From Candidatus Ratteibacteria bacterium (GTDB lineage: Bacteria > Ratteibacteria > UBA8468 > B48-G9 > DTJG01): a stretch of DNA of 18,970 bases. The position numbers and the translations under genes were made by a program. The stretch spans positions 1 through 18,970 of the forward strand of contig JBMFLH010000034.1 in assembly GCA_049971295.1 (NCBI GenBank), in the 5' to 3' direction. Below the pieces are notes generated by a model. It did no database searches. It was given only the letters and a program-made list of their open reading frames with translations, and was not told the origin of the DNA. Below are positions 15,635 through 18,970 of this stretch, piece by piece; position 1 is the stretch's first letter, and each line of letters begins with the position of its first letter.

Positions 15635-16474
15635 ATGGAGATTGGTTTTTTGACAGCACCTTTTGGAAAGCAAAATCTTGAAGCAGTACTCAATTTTGCA
15701 AAAGACAATGGCTTTCAGAAGATTGAAGTTTTATCTGTGCCTGGCGCAGGCCATATTGACCCGGACCAGGTGATTGCAGATTCTGGAAAGAAATTAAAGA
15801 ATCTTTTTCAAAGTACCGGTGTCAGACCTTCAAGTTATGCATGTTATGCTAATGTTCTGGACCCGGATCCTGAACGCAGACAACTGATTAAAAAACACCT
15901 CGAAAATCTCATTCTGGTGGCAGAATTGACTAATGTTGAAGTTGTCTGTACCATAGCAGGCATGCCTGTGAGTGGGAAAACAAAAATGCAAACCATTGAA
16001 GAGGATGCAGCTCCTTATTTTCAACAGCTATGCATTTTTGCAGCAAAACACAATATAAAAATTGCTCTGGAAAACTGGTTTGCAACAAACTTACAACACC
16101 TCGACCACTGGCAAAAACTTTTTCATCTTGTTCCATCTCCAAACTTTGGCCTCAATTTTGACCCATCACATCTTGTACATCAGGGAATTGATTATCTTTC
16201 TGTAGTAGATGAATTTGCAAGTCGAATTTTTCATACCCATGCAAAGGATTGTGAGATAAAAAAACATGTTTTGCAAAGAATCGGAAACAGAGAAAATGGA
16301 TGGTGGAGATATGTAATACCCGGATTTGGAGTTATTCGCTGGGGTGAGTACATTAGCCGGTTACGAAAAGCTGGTTATAATGGGGTTCTCAGCATTGAAC
16401 ATGAAGATTCGGCAGTAGGCCTTGAAGAGGGTTTTATCATCGGGAAAAAACATCTATCACAATTCATTGCATAA
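15635..16474 (+). CDS. Sugar phosphate isomerase/epimerase (xylose isomerase-like TIM barrel)
   Basis: Metal-ligand motifs IALEN, GLNFDPSH, HTHAKD, PGFG.I.W and LSIEHED. Confidence 0.88.
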   Translation: MEIGFLTAPFGKQNLEAVLNFAKDNGFQKIEVLSVPGAGHIDPDQVIADSGKKLKNLFQSTGVRPSSYACYANVLDPDPERRQLIKKHLENLILVAELTNVEVVCTIAGMPVSGKTKMQTIEEDAAPYFQQLCIFAAKHNIKIALENWFATNLQHLDHWQKLFHLVPSPNFGLNFDPSHLVHQGIDYLSVVDEFASRIFHTHAKDCEIKKHVLQRIGNRENGWWRYVIPGFGVIRWGEYISRLRKAGYNGVLSIEHEDSAVGLEEGFIIGKKHLSQFIA

Positions 16475-16481
16475 AACAGAT

Positions 16482-16510
16482 TTGCCAGTTTAGACATAAT
16501 GAGTTAAAAT
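16482..16510 (+). promoter_or_regulatory. Sigma70 promoter of pyrC, probably leaderless
   Basis: TTGCCA(16482-16487)-17 nt-TAAAAT(16505-16510), then 7 nt to ATG 16518. No SD sequence. Confidence 0.6.
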
Positions 16511-16517
16511 TTTTGTG

Positions 16518-17795
16518 ATGGACATATTGATAAAGAATATCCACATTATTGACCCTTATACAGGAACAGATGCAAGAAGGGATGTTTTGATTTCAGGCCG
16601 CTCTTACTTCAGAATTGATAAAAATATCCATAAAAGAGCATCAAAGGTTATAGACGGAACAAAATTCTGGCTTTTCCCCGGGCTGATTGATATGCACTGC
16701 CACCTTCGCGAGCCAGGAAATGAAGAAGAAGAAACCATCCTTTCCGGTAGTATTTCTGCAGCTGCTGGTGGTTTTACCACTGTGTGCTGTCAGGCAAATA
16801 CTGAACCTGCGATTGATAATAAGGTCGTTGCTGGTTATATTTTTGAAAAAGCCAGGAAATCTCCTATTACAGTACTCCCTTATGGCACAATTACTATTGG
16901 AAGAAAAGGTAGTGTTCTTTCTCCTATGGGTGAACTATCTGAAGCAGGTGTCATTGGATTTTCTGACGACGGAAACTGCGTAATGGATAGTTTGATATTT
17001 AGAAGAGCGCTTGAATATAGTAAAAGATGGGGAAAAATAGTTGTCTCTCACAGCGAGGACCAGATTCTTGCAAAAAACGGTGTGATGAACGAAGGAGTTC
17101 TTTCAACAAAGCTTGGTTTAAGGGGAATTCCCGCAGAAGCAGAGCACATAATGGTTTTCAGGGACATTGAACTTGCGAAACTAACAGGCGCGCAACTTCA
17201 CCTTGCGCATCTCACGACAAAAAAATCTGTAGAACTTGTTAAAGAAGCAAAAAAACAATCAAAAAATATTACATGTGAAGTCACGGTTCATCATCTTGTT
17301 CTCACAGAAGATGCGCTGGCAAATTATGACGCCAATGCAAAAGTCAGTCCGCCGCTTCGTACCCATGAGGACATTAGAGCCCTTATCAAGGGAATAAAAG
17401 AAAACATCATCGACGCTATCGTAACGGACCATGCTCCGCATTCTGAGGAGGAAAAATGCTCAGGAATTGAAAATGCTCCATTTGGAATGATAGGTTTTGA
17501 AACAGCACTCCCACTTGTGATGTCACTTGTTACCTACGGACTCAAACCCATTGACATTCTCCGAAAGATGACAGTTGGCCCTGCGAAAATATTAAAACTC
17601 GACGAAAAACCTATTTCTGACGGCAGTGAGGCAACATGTGTAATATTTGACCCAAAAAAGGAATGGATACTGACAAAAGAAAATATCTTATCTTTAAGCA
17701 AAAATACTCCATTTCTCAATAAGAAATTGGTCGGTAAGGTAATGTGCACCATTTATCGCGGAAACATTGTTTATTCTGACCCAGACCTGCTATAG
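16518..17795 (+). CDS. pyrC: Dihydroorotase (type I)
   Basis: PGLIDMHCHLREPG, AAAGGFTTV, FSDDG, HSED, HLAHLT, CEVTVHHL, KVSPPLR, TDHAPH, APFGMIGFET and SKNTPF. Start at ATG 16518 or GTG 16515. Confidence 0.95.
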   Translation: MDILIKNIHIIDPYTGTDARRDVLISGRSYFRIDKNIHKRASKVIDGTKFWLFPGLIDMHCHLREPGNEEEETILSGSISAAAGGFTTVCCQANTEPAIDNKVVAGYIFEKARKSPITVLPYGTITIGRKGSVLSPMGELSEAGVIGFSDDGNCVMDSLIFRRALEYSKRWGKIVVSHSEDQILAKNGVMNEGVLSTKLGLRGIPAEAEHIMVFRDIELAKLTGAQLHLAHLTTKKSVELVKEAKKQSKNITCEVTVHHLVLTEDALANYDANAKVSPPLRTHEDIRALIKGIKENIIDAIVTDHAPHSEEEKCSGIENAPFGMIGFETALPLVMSLVTYGLKPIDILRKMTVGPAKILKLDEKPISDGSEATCVIFDPKKEWILTKENILSLSKNTPFLNKKLVGKVMCTIYRGNIVYSDPDLL

Positions 17796-17822
17796 TTTTT
17801 CATACCCTACCAGGGGGTAAAC

Positions 17823-18673
17823 ATGAATATCATCGTGATTGTATCAGACACCTTAGAAGAGACCTGTTCACAGGAAGATTTATTTTCACTTACACTGATT
17901 GGTCACTATTAACCGCTGAAGAAACAGTAATTGCAGAAATACTGCGGGATAACGGCTACCTTTCAATTTTTATCGCTGATACTCCTCATACAACTGCCAG
18001 GATACAATTATCAGAGAGGGTTTTCTGCATGGTTAAAAATCAGAGGTCAGCAAGGCGATCCAATGATCACCCAGCCAAAAGAAATAGAACCCCTGTTCAA
18101 GAGAAAAACTGAGAAACCCTGAAAGGGTTAAGCAGATGCTCAGAAATAATCTGCTGAGAAATTCTGAAGAAGATTACTTCTGTGCCCAGGCAATGCGCCA
18201 GGCATGCATGTAGATTGAAAAACATTATGCCGGCGAAGAAGTGATTTATCCTGCCTATGGACCCTGTGATTGTTTAACTAAAAGAGAAATACAGCATATC
18301 AGGGCGCATTATGCCGGTGAAGTGACTCTTGTTGATATATGGATGGGACGACCATTTCAAAAAATTGAGAACCTGGGACTGTTTGAAAATACAATCGTTG
18401 ATTCACAACTGACCACGGCTTTTATCACGGAGAACATCACCTGATGGGCAAAAGCATTATCACTGAAAAATATCAGTGCCTTGCTCCACTTTATGAAGAA
18501 GTCACCCATATTCCACTGCTTATGTACATCCCTAAAGCAAAATCAAAAAGAATAAAGAGTTTGTTCAGGTACCAGATATTACTGCCACAATCCTTGACCT
18601 GGTCAGGGCAAAACATGATATCAGAATGGATGGAGTACCCTTTTTGTCTGAGAATCAATATTTGAGAAAATAG
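17823..18673 (+). pseudogene. Decayed sulfatase (alkaline phosphatase superfamily) gene
   Basis: SD-like AGGGGG precedes ATG 17823. Stitching frames gives MNIIVIVSDT / RRDLFTGRF...AEILRDNGY...ADTPH / GYNYQRGF...IRGQ / EEDYFCAQ...ACM*IEKHY...YAGEVTLVD.WMG...LGLFENT / TTDHGFYHGEH..MGK...LYEEVTHIPL / DITATILDL...MDG. There are several frameshifts, an in-frame TAG at 18211-18213, internal deletions and a missing C-terminus. Confidence 0.85.
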
Positions 18674-18916
18674 ATTTTTGCTTCCTGGCCTCCGGTATTT
18701 TCACTAAAATCACTAATGTCTTTGCCCACAAAACAATTTTTATTTCAGTATTTCAATAGAATCTTTACTAGTATCCGGCCTGCCAAAAACCCTTTGAAAT
18801 GGTTCAGTAAGGCATGTCCCTGTGTCATTATCTCATCCGTTTGAATGTGGATGCAATTATCTATCATACTTGTTCCGCCAAAAAATTCAACTTTTGCTAA
18901 ATTTCAAACCTACCTC

Positions 18917-18945
18917 TTGACAATTTGTAGCACATATTTTAAAAT
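18917..18945 (+). promoter_or_regulatory. Sigma70 promoter for a gene beyond the right edge
   Basis: TTGACA(18917-18922)-17 nt-TAAAAT(18940-18945). Confidence 0.65.
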
Positions 18946-18970
18946 TGTAACACCAAAATTTTTTCATTAG

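Noticed and set aside
886..17752. Many short antisense or alternate-frame ORFs in the track (e.g. 886-1224, 4159-4566, 5097-5648, 9368-9772, 11017-11502)
   Set aside because: They lie wholly or largely within well-supported genes and show no recognisable motifs, so they are shadow ORFs.
17802..17820. ATACCCTACCAGGGGGTAA resembling a CsoR/RcnR operator
   Set aside because: The arm spacing is longer than I expect for these operators, the G-run is explained as the sulfatase SD, and no metal gene or CsoR is adjacent.
18223..18322. Near-perfect 16-nt direct repeat CATTATGCCGG(C/T)GAAG at 18223-18238 and 18307-18322
   Set aside because: Only two copies, both in the sulfatase reading frame (HYAGE), and the first is probably created by a deletion junction. 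It is not a CRISPR repeat or target-site duplication.
17931..18665. Three small ORFs (63, 67 and 73 aa) as separate genes
   Set aside because: They are consecutive fragments of one sulfatase pseudogene.

Overview
Low-GC bacterial chromosomal window, probably from an anaerobe; the taxon cannot be established from sequence alone. Left edge: a minus-strand gene for an acidic, probably secreted protein that runs off the window, with its signal peptide cut out of frame at a T8 run. A plus-strand block follows: glycerate kinase, mfd, a divergent NagB-family protein, an amidohydrolase, a decayed larA (nickel-pincer racemase) fused by deletion to the tail of a URO-D-family gene, and an Eis-like GNAT. 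Converging on it is a tight ~7 kb, nine-gene minus-strand operon behind a perfect sigma70 promoter: Rrf2 regulator, DUF39 homocysteine-forming sulfurtransferase, NIL-ferredoxin partner, IscS, NadA, IscU, Nfu, three-Cys ([4Fe-4S]-type) LarE, and a DUF318 permease with a His-rich linker and HMA domain. This operon is the most interesting feature. It joins sulfur mobilisation and Fe-S assembly to two sulfur-inserting enzymes, NadA and a metal permease, and may supply nickel-pincer (NPN) cofactor and homocysteine synthesis (inference). The right end holds a sugar-phosphate isomerase/epimerase, pyrC (probably leaderless), a heavily decayed sulfatase and a promoter for a gene beyond the window. I saw no RNA genes, CRISPR arrays or mobile elements.
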